The notes under the pieces were generated by a model, which was not told where the DNA came from, did no database searches, and worked only from the letters and a program-made list of their open reading frames with translations. A stretch of DNA of 63,401 nucleotides, the filler included, from Reticulomyxa filosa (taxonomy: Eukaryota > Protista > Foraminifera), in assembly GCA_000512085.1 (NCBI GenBank). It is 24 parts of 24 records of this genome, joined end to end, with 100 filler letters (N's around TTAATTAATTAA, not from the genome) between each part and the next. Parts side by side here need not be neighbours in the genome. Positions count along the whole stretch, not along the records: positions 1 to 4,771 come from ASPP01029188.1; positions 4,872 to 5,972 come from ASPP01032382.1; positions 6,073 to 7,172 come from ASPP01048054.1; positions 7,273 to 9,640 come from ASPP01020516.1; 20 more parts are not named here. One strand, given 5' to 3'. Every line of letters starts with the position of its first letter. The first letter of the stretch is position 1. Positions 1 through 9,740 of the stretch are shown piece by piece. A program made the position numbers and the translations under genes.

Positions 1-77
1 GAAAAGAAAGAAAAGAAAGAAAAGAAAAAAAGAAAGGAAAAAAAAAGGAAAAGAATAAAATCAAGAAACATCAACGA

Positions 78-2154
78 GTGAATGTTGAAGAAGAAGAAGA
101 AGAAGAAGATGATGATGACAACGATGACAGTTATGATGCTGTTGACATGGAATTGTTAGCATCTCTTCTATTGGTATTCAATCCTCGTATTCACATTTCT
201 TGTAGTGAGAATATTGATCCAGTCATTTTGAAAGAATTGACCGATTGTTGCAATGAACAGTCGACGAAATGGGGTTTTTTAACAACTCCACAAAAATGGG
301 ATTATGATGTTATTCCACAAATAAAGGTGCAATCCCAACCAACTTATGGTGACAATATATATGATACAGCTTGTGAAGCAGCACGATCGGGTCATTTAGT
401 ACGACTCAAAACTATATTAAAGCATCGTCGTGTAAATATCAATGATATATTTGATGAACATGGACACACCCCATTGCACTTAGCGATACATCATAAACAC
501 TGGAATATTGTCCGTTATTGTATTGACCGAGGTGCATGGATTGATATTAGAGGGGGTGCTGTGGATGCATCTATTTTGCAAACTCCTTTGGAATCTCTCA
601 TTGAAAAAATGGAGAGCAAGGAAGATAGCAAAGAGGTTACTGACATATGCAAACAAATATTGCAAGAAAGAACTGTGTATTCAAGAAAACAAATTGAATA
701 TGCTATTGATTATGTAAAAGATAAATTAATAGATGGAGGTGGTATTAGCAAAGCTATTGATACCAAGAGTTATGAGTCATTCTTGCAAGAGGGTGCAACA
801 TTCTTGTTGGGAGTGAATCAAACAGATTTGCATAAGATATTGATTGACAATAATTTGTTTTATTGGACAGTTGGTCGAAATATTGTTTCAATTCAAACTG
901 AAAAGTGGAAAAGAAAAAAGATTTGATGGGGGATGGTTTGCTACAGCATTTTTGATGTATCGAATATTTTTATTGTTTGAAATTTGTGTGCAATTGAAAC
1001 GAGAAGGAAAACAATGCATTGGTTTACCAACGAATACAACAGCTTCACAAGTGTATGAAAAGGGGATAAAAGAGTTACAAGTGCAATTAACAACTTATTG
1101 GGATCACATTACAGTTACAAAGCTATCCAAATATCCAGATTTGATAGAGGATTGGAGTTGCAATGTGGTAAAACGTTTGATGTCTTTTAAACCAAAGTCA
1201 TCAAATAATGAATGTTGTGAATTAAGTTTGGTAGTTGGTCATAAAGGTCATTGTATTTATTTAAGTTTGTGTAAAACACCCAATCTAATTTTGGTGAGGA
1301 TTGATAATCGATGGTTGGATACTGTTCCAAATGGTATATCTCATACAAGGAAGATTGACAATAATCATGAATTGATTCAACCTTATTTAGCTGCATACTT
1401 CCCATATGATGATTCAAGCATCAATCAAAATAAAGAGTGGCTAAAAAAATATATTGCAAAAGTAACAAAACTGAGAAATGATAAAAAGAAAGATAGTATG
1501 GAATATTTATATTGTGATAAAACTTGTCCTCGTGAGGGAATTTCACCATTGATTGTCAAAGAATGGCCATATCGTCCAATTCAAACTGATGCAAATAATT
1601 GCTATTTGCGAAGTCATAATTTTGGATATCGAATTCGTTTGGGTGACACTTTTTATCAATGGTTTCGTGATCAAGAATGCAAGAGTTTTGTATTCAATCG
1701 GAGCCATTACAACACAGCTCTTGATAGACAAAAGAGCGATCACGGAAGCACGGTGAAAGGAGATAAAAACAAATCAAAGGGTGTAAATATGTCAAACACT
1801 TCATCTTTGGTACCTGATCATAAAGGATTGATGAAATTGCTTTCCGAACAATTGAAGGTTCAATATAGAGACGTGCGTGCTGGAATAGCAGTGGAACAAT
1901 CACTTGTTGCAATGGCAGCTATTCAAACAATTCAAAAAGGAGCACGTTTTCGTCGCGAAGATACTTGCACATATTTTGATCTGCGTCTCGATTCAAAAGA
2001 AAGAAGTGATTTTTTTCAATGTTATAATTCCCAATTTCCCAATCTAATTCGAAAAGTAAAAGAAATCAGTCCATATTGGGTTCGTTTTTATTTTGATACC
2101 TTTGTATTTGTTTCTGAAGTCGTTCCTTCATTACCTCCATATTCTCGCTTTTGA
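78..2154 (+). CDS. Ankyrin-repeat protein with C-terminal putative cysteine-protease-like domain; one frameshift near 900 (ORFs 78-926 + 844-2154); true start uncertain
   Basis: Ankyrin motifs AARSGHL and GHTPLHLAIHHKHWNIVRYCIDRGAWID. Removing one A from gaaaagt (~901) joins the two ORFs (TESGKEKRFDGGWF). The paralog at 43646-43966 reads through the same junction in one frame. Confidence 0.7.
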
Positions 2155-2585
2155 CTCCTTGTTTTTCATGTTATCTTTTTAGCTGTACTGAAATTTCAAC
2201 ACTTTTTTGAAAAATAAAACACAATTCGAAATTATTTTTGAATGTGAAAAAGAAAAGAAAATTCCACTTGTTTTTTTGACTGATCAGTAATGAACGAATG
2301 GAGCAATCAGCATATTTTTTGTAATAAATTATTCTGGAGCAACAACTTCTAAACAAGACATGTACCAAAGAGAAACAACTTCAAAGTTTAGCAATGATTT
2401 GGGCAATTCCTCAATAACAACTTTGAAAAATGTAGAAAGAAAGAAGGAAGAAAAGAGCAGAGACAACAACGAGTATGACAATCACTTAACGAGCCTGCAA
2501 ACAAAAAAAAATGCGAATGAGAATATCTGTTTTTGTTCAAACAGCAACAAGGGGGTGCATCAACAAATCAAGCGATTACTTTGTT

Positions 2586-2594
2586 AAAAAAAAA
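2586..2594 (-). terminator. Putative Pol III oligo-T terminator (T9) of the tRNA-like element
   Basis: A9 on the + strand, about 10 nt downstream of the discriminator base at 2605. A-runs are common in this genome. Confidence 0.45.
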
Positions 2595-2604
2595 TTACTT
2601 CAAT

Positions 2605-2911
2605 TAACAGCGGTGGGAGTCGGACCCACGTCTCCGCTTAAAATAAGAAGTGCTGCACAAAAACCGCACATGAAAGATATTTCTATCTCCCATGTGCAAT
2701 TAATGTGTGCTCACATTGAGGGCAAGTGCATACAAGTCCCTGCGACTTAAACTTGTACACACATGACGCACCCCCACAACATGCGCCAACCTATCAGCTC
2801 TTTTGAAGCTGAGCCACTCCCCCGAGACAACAGGTAACCCCGAAGCCCTGAGAGTGGATGGTCCTAGCACTCATTACTTTTTTGCGGGCTCTACCGTTGA
2901 GCTACGCCGCC
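2605..2911 (-). ncRNA. tRNA-like element: acceptor, D and T arms enclosing a ~246-nt structured insert in place of the anticodon loop
   Basis: 5' GGCGGCG-TA-GCTC AACGGTA GAGC-CCGC ... GCGG-AGAC-GTGGG TCCGACT CCCAC-CGCTGTT-A 3'. The 7-bp acceptor stem, 4-bp D stem and 5-bp T stem all pair. A box and a near-consensus B box are present. Confidence 0.7.
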
Positions 2912-4771
2912 TCATAAATTTAAAGTGTTAATTCTAAGATTTTTTGTGTGTGTTTGTCACAATACAGCGGCCTTGTCGGAAAAAAAAAATTTTTACGTTT
3001 TCTTCGGAGCTAAAAACGAAATCCGACAAATAGTATGTTGTCTGTTTTATTTTTGTATTTTACATATAATTTTTTTTCATTTCTTTTTTTTTTTTTTTGG
3101 TAGGAACATATTTAACTTTACCTTATGTATGAACTTGAGAAAAGCAATACAGACATTTTTTGCTGTTTCTACCAAGTCCGAATTAACAGATGCTCAAAGA
3201 TAATGGTCTCAAGAAGAACACACAAAATCATTTTATTTGAAAAAGAAATTGTAATAATGAGCAGCGAACCAAAACAAATGAAAAGCTGACAAAACAAAAA
3301 AAAAGGGTGCTAAGAACTTTTTTTGACGCCAAAGTAGTAATATTTTTGTTTTTTTTTCACTTTTGAAATTTTTTTATTGACGAATTTCTGTATTGCTGAT
3401 CTCTTGGAAAAAAATTAAATTAATGAGTAAAACGTGCTGCTCAGAAATTCTTAGATAAAATTCAGGTTAAATTTGCATGACTATCAACAAAAAAAAACAA
3501 ATCAAAAGTATAATGACAATAATATTTCATCTATTTAGTGTTATGTAGTTGTGCTTGTATATATATTTACATCTGATTTTATCACATTTTGCACTTAATA
3601 ATACTTTTCTTTTTGTCTTACTGTTTCTAAATTACTTAAAAAATACATAACTGACTAACTTCTTGCTAAAAGACGCTCGTACAAAATTTGAAGCCAAAAA
3701 GCGATGATCAACAATAACAAAATTAAAACTTATATAAACTATAGATAAAAAGAAGGTCAGAAATTGTCCAAAAGCAGCAATGTTATTTGAGTGTTTGATA
3801 AAGAAAAACAATAACAAGCTATTGTATGGAATAATTCATAATGAAGCAGATGCCAATTTAAAGTTATTTCAAACTTTGAAGAGATAACTTGAGAGTACAA
3901 TATAAAATAAATAACTATGATCAAATATAATGCGTTCAAGGCTAAAAATGTAGTCAAATATTACACTTTTATCACAAAAGCAGAAGTGTATTTATTTTAG
4001 TTTGATAAATGACAAAAATGGTAAATCTTTATTTATCAGATGAATTAAAAATAATATTCTTCACATAGTATTCTCCTTTCTGTGCAAGTGATAGCACTAC
4101 TTCATGAGAAAAATCTTCCTTGTTTGAGTTTGGTGAATTGTTATGTATTACCTAATTTTTGATATTTTTGCAATTTTGTTACTGGTCTTGCTTTTAACAA
4201 ACATTCCTATTTTTAGATTGCGTCTGATTTCTTTTTATCACGTAGTTTATGGAACATGAAATTGGATGTCACTTATAATATATTGAAAGACTTTTGTTTT
4301 ACGAAAGAATATCAATTAAAATAACAATCTATTTGCTAGTATAGTGAATTGATTTGTATTCAATATTGATATTTAAATTTTGTTTGTAACTGTTTCAATT
4401 GAAAAATTAAAATGACAGTGAAATCATTCATTTTGTACTGTATTTAACAAATAATATACAAATATTTCAGAGAGTTTTTTTGTTGCTTTTTGTAGTGTAA
4501 TGTGTTACTATTTGTCTTCAAGAAAAATTCTTCATACATTGAATGTTCCATGAAATATGCTTATTCATTTGCAATCTAATGATTTTAACCAATAAGCAAG
4601 CCATTTTAAAATATTGTATGTATCAATGCAAAACATACCAAGCAAAGTAGTATATGAACTGTTGCTTCCTTCTAACAATAAGAAAAAAAAAAAATAGCAA
4701 AGTAGAAATTTTTAGATTTGTTTCTGTCAATTTATGCAAGCAATATCTTCCTCTGTCGGTTGGTTTTTGTG

Positions 4772-4871
4772 NNNNNNNNNNNNNNNNNNNNNNNNNNNNN
4801 NNNNNNNNNNNNNNNTTAATTAATTAANNNNNNNNNNNNNNNNNNNNNNNNNNNNNNNNNNNNNNNNNNNN
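4772..4871. other. Artificial contig linker N44-TTAATTAATTAA-N44 (first of 23). Others start at 5973, 7173, 9641, 12087, 14225, 15957, 19817, 22090, 23813, 25209, 26371, 28957, 30544, 32084, 33519, 37882, 43130, 48934, 50838, 59579, 60762, 62167.
   Basis: Identical 100-bp spacer with stop codons in all six frames. Composition and gene content change abruptly across each one. Confidence 0.99.
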
Positions 4872-5047
4872 CCGTCAACGTCAGCGTTGGTAAGTTTCAA
4901 TTTCTCTATCGCCGTTGCTAACGCCTCTTCCTCGATGTCGCATAGCATGACCTTTACCCCCGCCTGCGACAGCGCCGTGGCGATCCCTAATCCGATGCCC
5001 GATGCTGCTCCGGTGACGAAGGCTGTCCGTCCGGTAAGGTCTTGCAT
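4872..5047 (-). CDS. Bacterial short-chain dehydrogenase/reductase (SDR), N-terminal part, truncated by contig end
   Basis: MQDLTGRTAFVTGAASGIGLGIA contains the classical SDR TGxxxGIG cofactor-binding motif. Confidence 0.9.
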
Positions 5048-5235
5048 GTGCGTGTTTCCGCTGCTTTTGCAATTGGCCTTGGTCGATACCACGGGTGCGG
5101 TGAGTTTATGGGCTTCAGTTCAAAGGCGTCCACTTGCCTTGACCGTTGACCGGGATCGATCTGGATGCGCGCGCCATGTCCGGTTGGGGTCAAAAGCGGA
5201 AATTCCTGGTCCTCGCTGGCGCGACCGCCAACGCG

Positions 5236-5685
5236 TCAATCCGCGTCGGTTTTCTCCAGCCAGTCATGCTCCAGCAATCTCAGCCGGCTGGTGACGGACA
5301 GCAGGAAGGCCGTCGACCAGCCGAACAGGATCAGCCCGTTGCCCGCTTCGATGGCGCCAAACAGCCGCCAGTTGCCCTCGAGCACGACGTCCCCGTAGCC
5401 CAGGGTCGTGAAGGTCACGGTCGAAAAATAGAGGGCCGTTTCGAAGTCTCCCACGGCACCGATCGCCCAGAAGGCGGCCCCGTACAGCCAGATCTCGACC
5501 GAATGGATGGCCACCAGCCCCAGGACCACGAACAGGATGACGCCGAGCGGGACGAGGCGGCTTTCGCGGGCCCGGATGCGATGCGCCCTGTCGCGCAGCA
5601 CCCACAAGAGGCCGAGCAGGCCGCCGAGATGGATGGCGACGGTGAGGCTGACCATCAAGGTCGCGAGCGCGAGGTTGGCAAACAT
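5236..5685 (-). CDS. Bacterial potassium-channel family (Ion_trans_2) membrane protein, 149 aa
   Basis: Pore helix and filter ALYFSTVTFTTLGYGD, flanked by hydrophobic helices. Likely ATG at 5685. Confidence 0.9.
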   Translation of the reverse strand: MFANLALATLMVSLTVAIHLGGLLGLLWVLRDRAHRIRARESRLVPLGVILFVVLGLVAIHSVEIWLYGAAFWAIGAVGDFETALYFSTVTFTTLGYGDVVLEGNWRLFGAIEAGNGLILFGWSTAFLLSVTSRLRLLEHDWLEKTDAD

Positions 5686-6072
5686 GCGTTGTCCGTCAGT
5701 TCCCGGATGAGCCCTTGGAAGAGCGATGGTCGACAGTCGGTTAGGGTAACGTCGCCCGACGGGTTCAGCCATGCACTTGCAGCGATCAACCCACCGAAGT
5801 GTCGCGCCGTCCGTCTCGCGCGTGCGGTCATCGGGCTGGTTCCTGCCCTCGCCCGTGGCCTGGCCGGCGCCGTGGGCGGCCCGATTGCGGTGTGTAAACG
5901 AAATAATCGAATCAAAAGAAACAGTCGAAACGAAGAGGGCCGCCCGCGCCGGGACCTGTTGTGCGCATAGAGNNNNNNNNNNNNNNNNNNNNNNNNNNNN
6001 NNNNNNNNNNNNNNNNTTAATTAATTAANNNNNNNNNNNNNNNNNNNNNNNNNNNNNNNNNNNNNNNNNNNN

Positions 6073-7172
6073 ACTTTTCATATTCTCCTTTTTCAAAGTA
6101 TGCATTCCCGAAATTACTTAATGATAATGCAACATTTTCGTGATTTGATCCTAATTTATCCAATCTAATTTTCAATGCTTTTTTATGATATTCAATTGCT
6201 TTATCATATTCTCCTTTCTTTTCGTAAATAACTCCTAAATTATTGTATGAATTAGTAACATCAATGTGATCCGATCCTAATTTATCCAAGTAAATCTTCA
6301 ATGATTTTTCATAATATTCGATTGTCTTGTTATATTCTCCTTTTGAAAAATACACATTTCCCAAATTGATGTACGACAAAGCAACATCAATGTGATCTGA
6401 TCCTACTTTATCCAATCTGATTTTCAACGACTTTTCATAATATTCAATTGCCCTGTCATATTCTCCTATTCTCCAATAAACACTTCCCATATTGCCATAT
6501 GAAATAGCAACATCAATGTGATCTGATCCTAATTTATCCAATCTAATTTTCAATGCTTTTTTATTATATTCAATTGCTTTGTCATATTCTCCATTGTTTT
6601 GGTAAATATTTCCCAAATTATTGTATGAAGTAGCAACATTAATGTGATCTGATCCTAATTTATCCAAGAAGATTTTCAATGACTTTTCATGATATTCAAT
6701 TGCCCTGTCATATTCTCCTATTCTACTATAAATAATTCCCATATTTTTATATGAACTGGCAACATCAATGTGATCTGATCCTAATTTATCCAATCTGATT
6801 TTCAATGACTTTTCATAATATTCAATTGCTTTATCATATTCTCCTTTCTTTTCGTACACAGTTCCCAAATTGTTATACGAATAAGCGACATGAATGTGAT
6901 TTGATTCTAATTTGTCCAATCTAATTTTCAATGCTTTTTCATGACATTTTAATGCTTTGTCTTGGTCTCCTTTTATATCGTATGAACAACCTAACCGTTC
7001 ACAAGAATCTGCAACATCAATATGAGAATCACCTAATGTTTGTAATGTGATACAAAGTGCAAAACGAAATAATGTTATTGATTCATCATAGTTTGATTTA
7101 TTAAATGAATCAATTCCCAATTGTCCAAAGTTATTTGCATGAATAGGTCCAGGACCAATGGGAATAAGAGAA
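6073..7172 (-). CDS. Tetratricopeptide-repeat protein (42-aa kinesin-light-chain-type TPRs), partial at both ends
   Basis: About 8 tandem repeats of SYNNLGxVYxxKGEYDKAIEYYEKSLKIRLDKLGSDHIDVA. The frame is open across the whole contig. Confidence 0.92.
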
Positions 7173-7272
7173 NNNNNNNNNNNNNNNNNNNNNNNNNNNN
7201 NNNNNNNNNNNNNNNNTTAATTAATTAANNNNNNNNNNNNNNNNNNNNNNNNNNNNNNNNNNNNNNNNNNNN

Positions 7273-8144
7273 ACCTCCGTTCATTTAACCCCCCTTTCCA
7301 AAAAAAAAAAAAAAAAAAAAAAAAGGTACCTTTGACGGTGGTGGTCTTGCGAATAAGTTCGTGTGTGGAACCGATCGTAGACCAAAAGACATGCAGGTCT
7401 TCCAGTTGCAAGGCGACGATTTCTTGCCACGTGGCAACGGTGTAGTTGTCAGAGGAGAGGACGGAAGGGGGAGGGACTGTGGAGTTGATCGGGTGAGTAA
7501 GCGCGTCAATGGCGAAGTGCGATTGCTTTACAAGCTGCCGCTCATAGGGCGGCAACAACAACAGTGTATTAAATGACATATTCAAAAATGAGGTTTTGTA
7601 GCCTTTTATTGCCACCCATTCACTCACTGACTCATTGTACTCGAATGAGTCTTCGTTTGTATATGTTCGATTTATTAACTCATAAGCATTGTCTGAAATA
7701 TCATATTGAATTCCTTCATTTTTTTTTTTTTTTTTTTTTGGAAAAAAAGGGGTCCAATTCTTCCTTCTTCAAAAAAAAAAAAAAATCTTTTTTAAGAATG
7801 GACACAACATTATGAGACATACGTAAGATTGTAAAATCCAAGGTATCCAGGTATAAAAATAAAAAGTAAGGCATGTTGACCGATTCGAACGATTGGAAAG
7901 TCGTTGTTGTGGTGCTGTTTTTGTCGTGGTCAAAATAAAAACTTAGGTCGATTGCTGCCACAACCACAAAACTTGCGACCACCAATATGTACAAAGTGCG
8001 CATGATCCAGTCCGCGCGTGTAGCGTCTGCCTGCGAAAGCTGTTCCTTCATCAAATAGTTCTTCTCACTTATCGACCGATCTCTTTGATAGGAATCTTGG
8101 TCGGCTGTCACTTCCGCGGTTGTTAACTCGGTCTCTCCCGACAT
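7273..8144 (-). CDS. Hypothetical membrane protein with an N-terminal TM helix, spliced, 3'-partial
   Basis: ATG at 8144, hydrophobic segment TLYILVVASFVVVAAIDLSFYF, and downstream coding-like segments separated by A/T-tract introns. Confidence 0.4.
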
Positions 8145-8530
8145 ATCGCTATTCTTTTTTTTGTACCCCCAAAAAAAAAAGGTGTGAAGGAACACAGCTT
8201 TTTTTTTAAGTTGTGCAACGAGCGAAGGCTTGCCAAAAGGGAATTTGACCTTTCACAAGTAAATGCAAAATAACGCAAGATACAAAAGAAAGACAAGGAT
8301 AAAGCTTGTCAAAACATAAGCTGAACCGTTGTGATCCAAGTAATTGAAGCCACAAATTTAGTGAATGACTTCTATTTGTGTGCTAAAATTATATGGATAG
8401 GACAAGTTATTTCAACTATTTTTGACAGAAATACTCCAATTTCAAAGTTTATGGACTGTATATTCATTATTGTAGTCCACAAGAGAGTGTGTTGTTTGAC
8501 GGGAAGACAGTGTTAGAAGAAAAAATAATA

Positions 8531-9597
8531 ATGTCAGAGAATATGGATGAAAAAAAAGAGTTAAATTATGACGAATTAATCCCCACATTACCTCGTGACA
8601 AGGATGGTTTTATAGTTGGGTTTGACATTTACACAGGCGACGACGAGGCCAAGCAACAAGAAAACAAGAAAGAAATCCACGAGTTTTTTGAGCGATACGG
8701 TGTGGTTGTGATAACCAATTTGCTAACAGACGAGGAATTAACCAAGTCGCAAGTGGAAGTGTACGACTTTGTGGAAGACAACTATGAGCGTTTCAAGAGA
8801 AACAATACGTCTACCTGGGAGAATATTTTCGGACTTTCCGCCAAATTGGGTACATTTGCCCTACGTATCCTTTGAATAAAAAAAAAAGAGGAGGAGAAAA
8901 AGTAACTGAAAGGTTCCACATCACTCTCCCCCCCTTTTTTTTTTAAAAAAAAAAAAAAAGGGATGATAACGGATTGGCCATGCATGAAATTGCAATATTG
9001 TAAAAATCGTTGCAATCCAAACATCTACCGTGCATTTAGCTATATACTGGACGACAACGATATCTACTGCAACATTGGCAGGGTGGGCTACTTTCGACCC
9101 ACGAAAAACATTCCGTTCGTGGCCACCAAAAAAAAAGAAGAGGATGACAAAATACAAGAACAAGTGACGACAAAGAAAGATGACCAAATCAAAGATGAAG
9201 ACAAAGACAGAGACAAAAAGAAAGAAGATGAAGAAGTAACGACAGTGTATGAAGATCGACCCGAATGGAAAACATTGGATGGCTTGGAATGGCTGCACAT
9301 TGATTACAACCCTGCTTTGAACCACTCGACAACGTACGCGTTCATGCCAACCAAGTACACTGAGACGTACAAAGACAAGTACGACCCTTACCAAAAGTCG
9401 CGTGTTCAAGGCATTGTCGCCTTGGTCGATTGCGATGACTCCACCGGCGGATTCCAATGCGTCCCCGGCTTTCACAACATCTTGGATCGCTGGTTCCATC
9501 TTTTTAGACAGTCCATTGAACCCAAAATCTTCATGGAAAGATACCAATTTAAAAATGATGATCCCATTCTCAAATACGTACAACGCATTCAATTGAG
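8531..9597 (+). CDS. PhyH-like 2OG-Fe(II) dioxygenase; exons 8531-8849 and 8961-9597; 3'-partial
   Basis: Motifs FFERYGVVVI, HxD (WLHIDYNP) and RVQGIVALVDCDDSTGGFQCVPGFH. The GT-AG intron 8850-8960 restores the frame. Confidence 0.8.
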
Positions 9598-9740
9598 GTT
9601 ACCCTTTTTTTTTTTCCCCTCTTTTTTTTTTTTTTTTTTTNNNNNNNNNNNNNNNNNNNNNNNNNNNNNNNNNNNNNNNNNNNNTTAATTAATTAANNNN
9701 NNNNNNNNNNNNNNNNNNNNNNNNNNNNNNNNNNNNNNNN

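Noticed and set aside
2360-2750. Short + strand ORFs overlapping the tRNA-like element
   Set aside because: No recognisable domain; the region is better explained by RNA structure on the minus strand.
2638-2883. Group I intron or canonical tRNA intron interpretation of the insert
   Set aside because: No P/Q/R/S core, no terminal omega-G at the expected position, and splicing would not give a U33-containing anticodon loop.
5146-5970. 274-aa + strand ORF and other overlapping ORFs in GC-rich contigs (also 49186-49965, 49526-50023, 50379-50893)
   Set aside because: Shadow or antisense frames of real genes in high-GC DNA. Part of 49186-49965 is only the frameshifted middle of tcdA.
6073-7000. 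126-bp periodic repeats as a possible CRISPR array
   Set aside because: In-frame TPR coding repeats without unique spacers; no cas genes.
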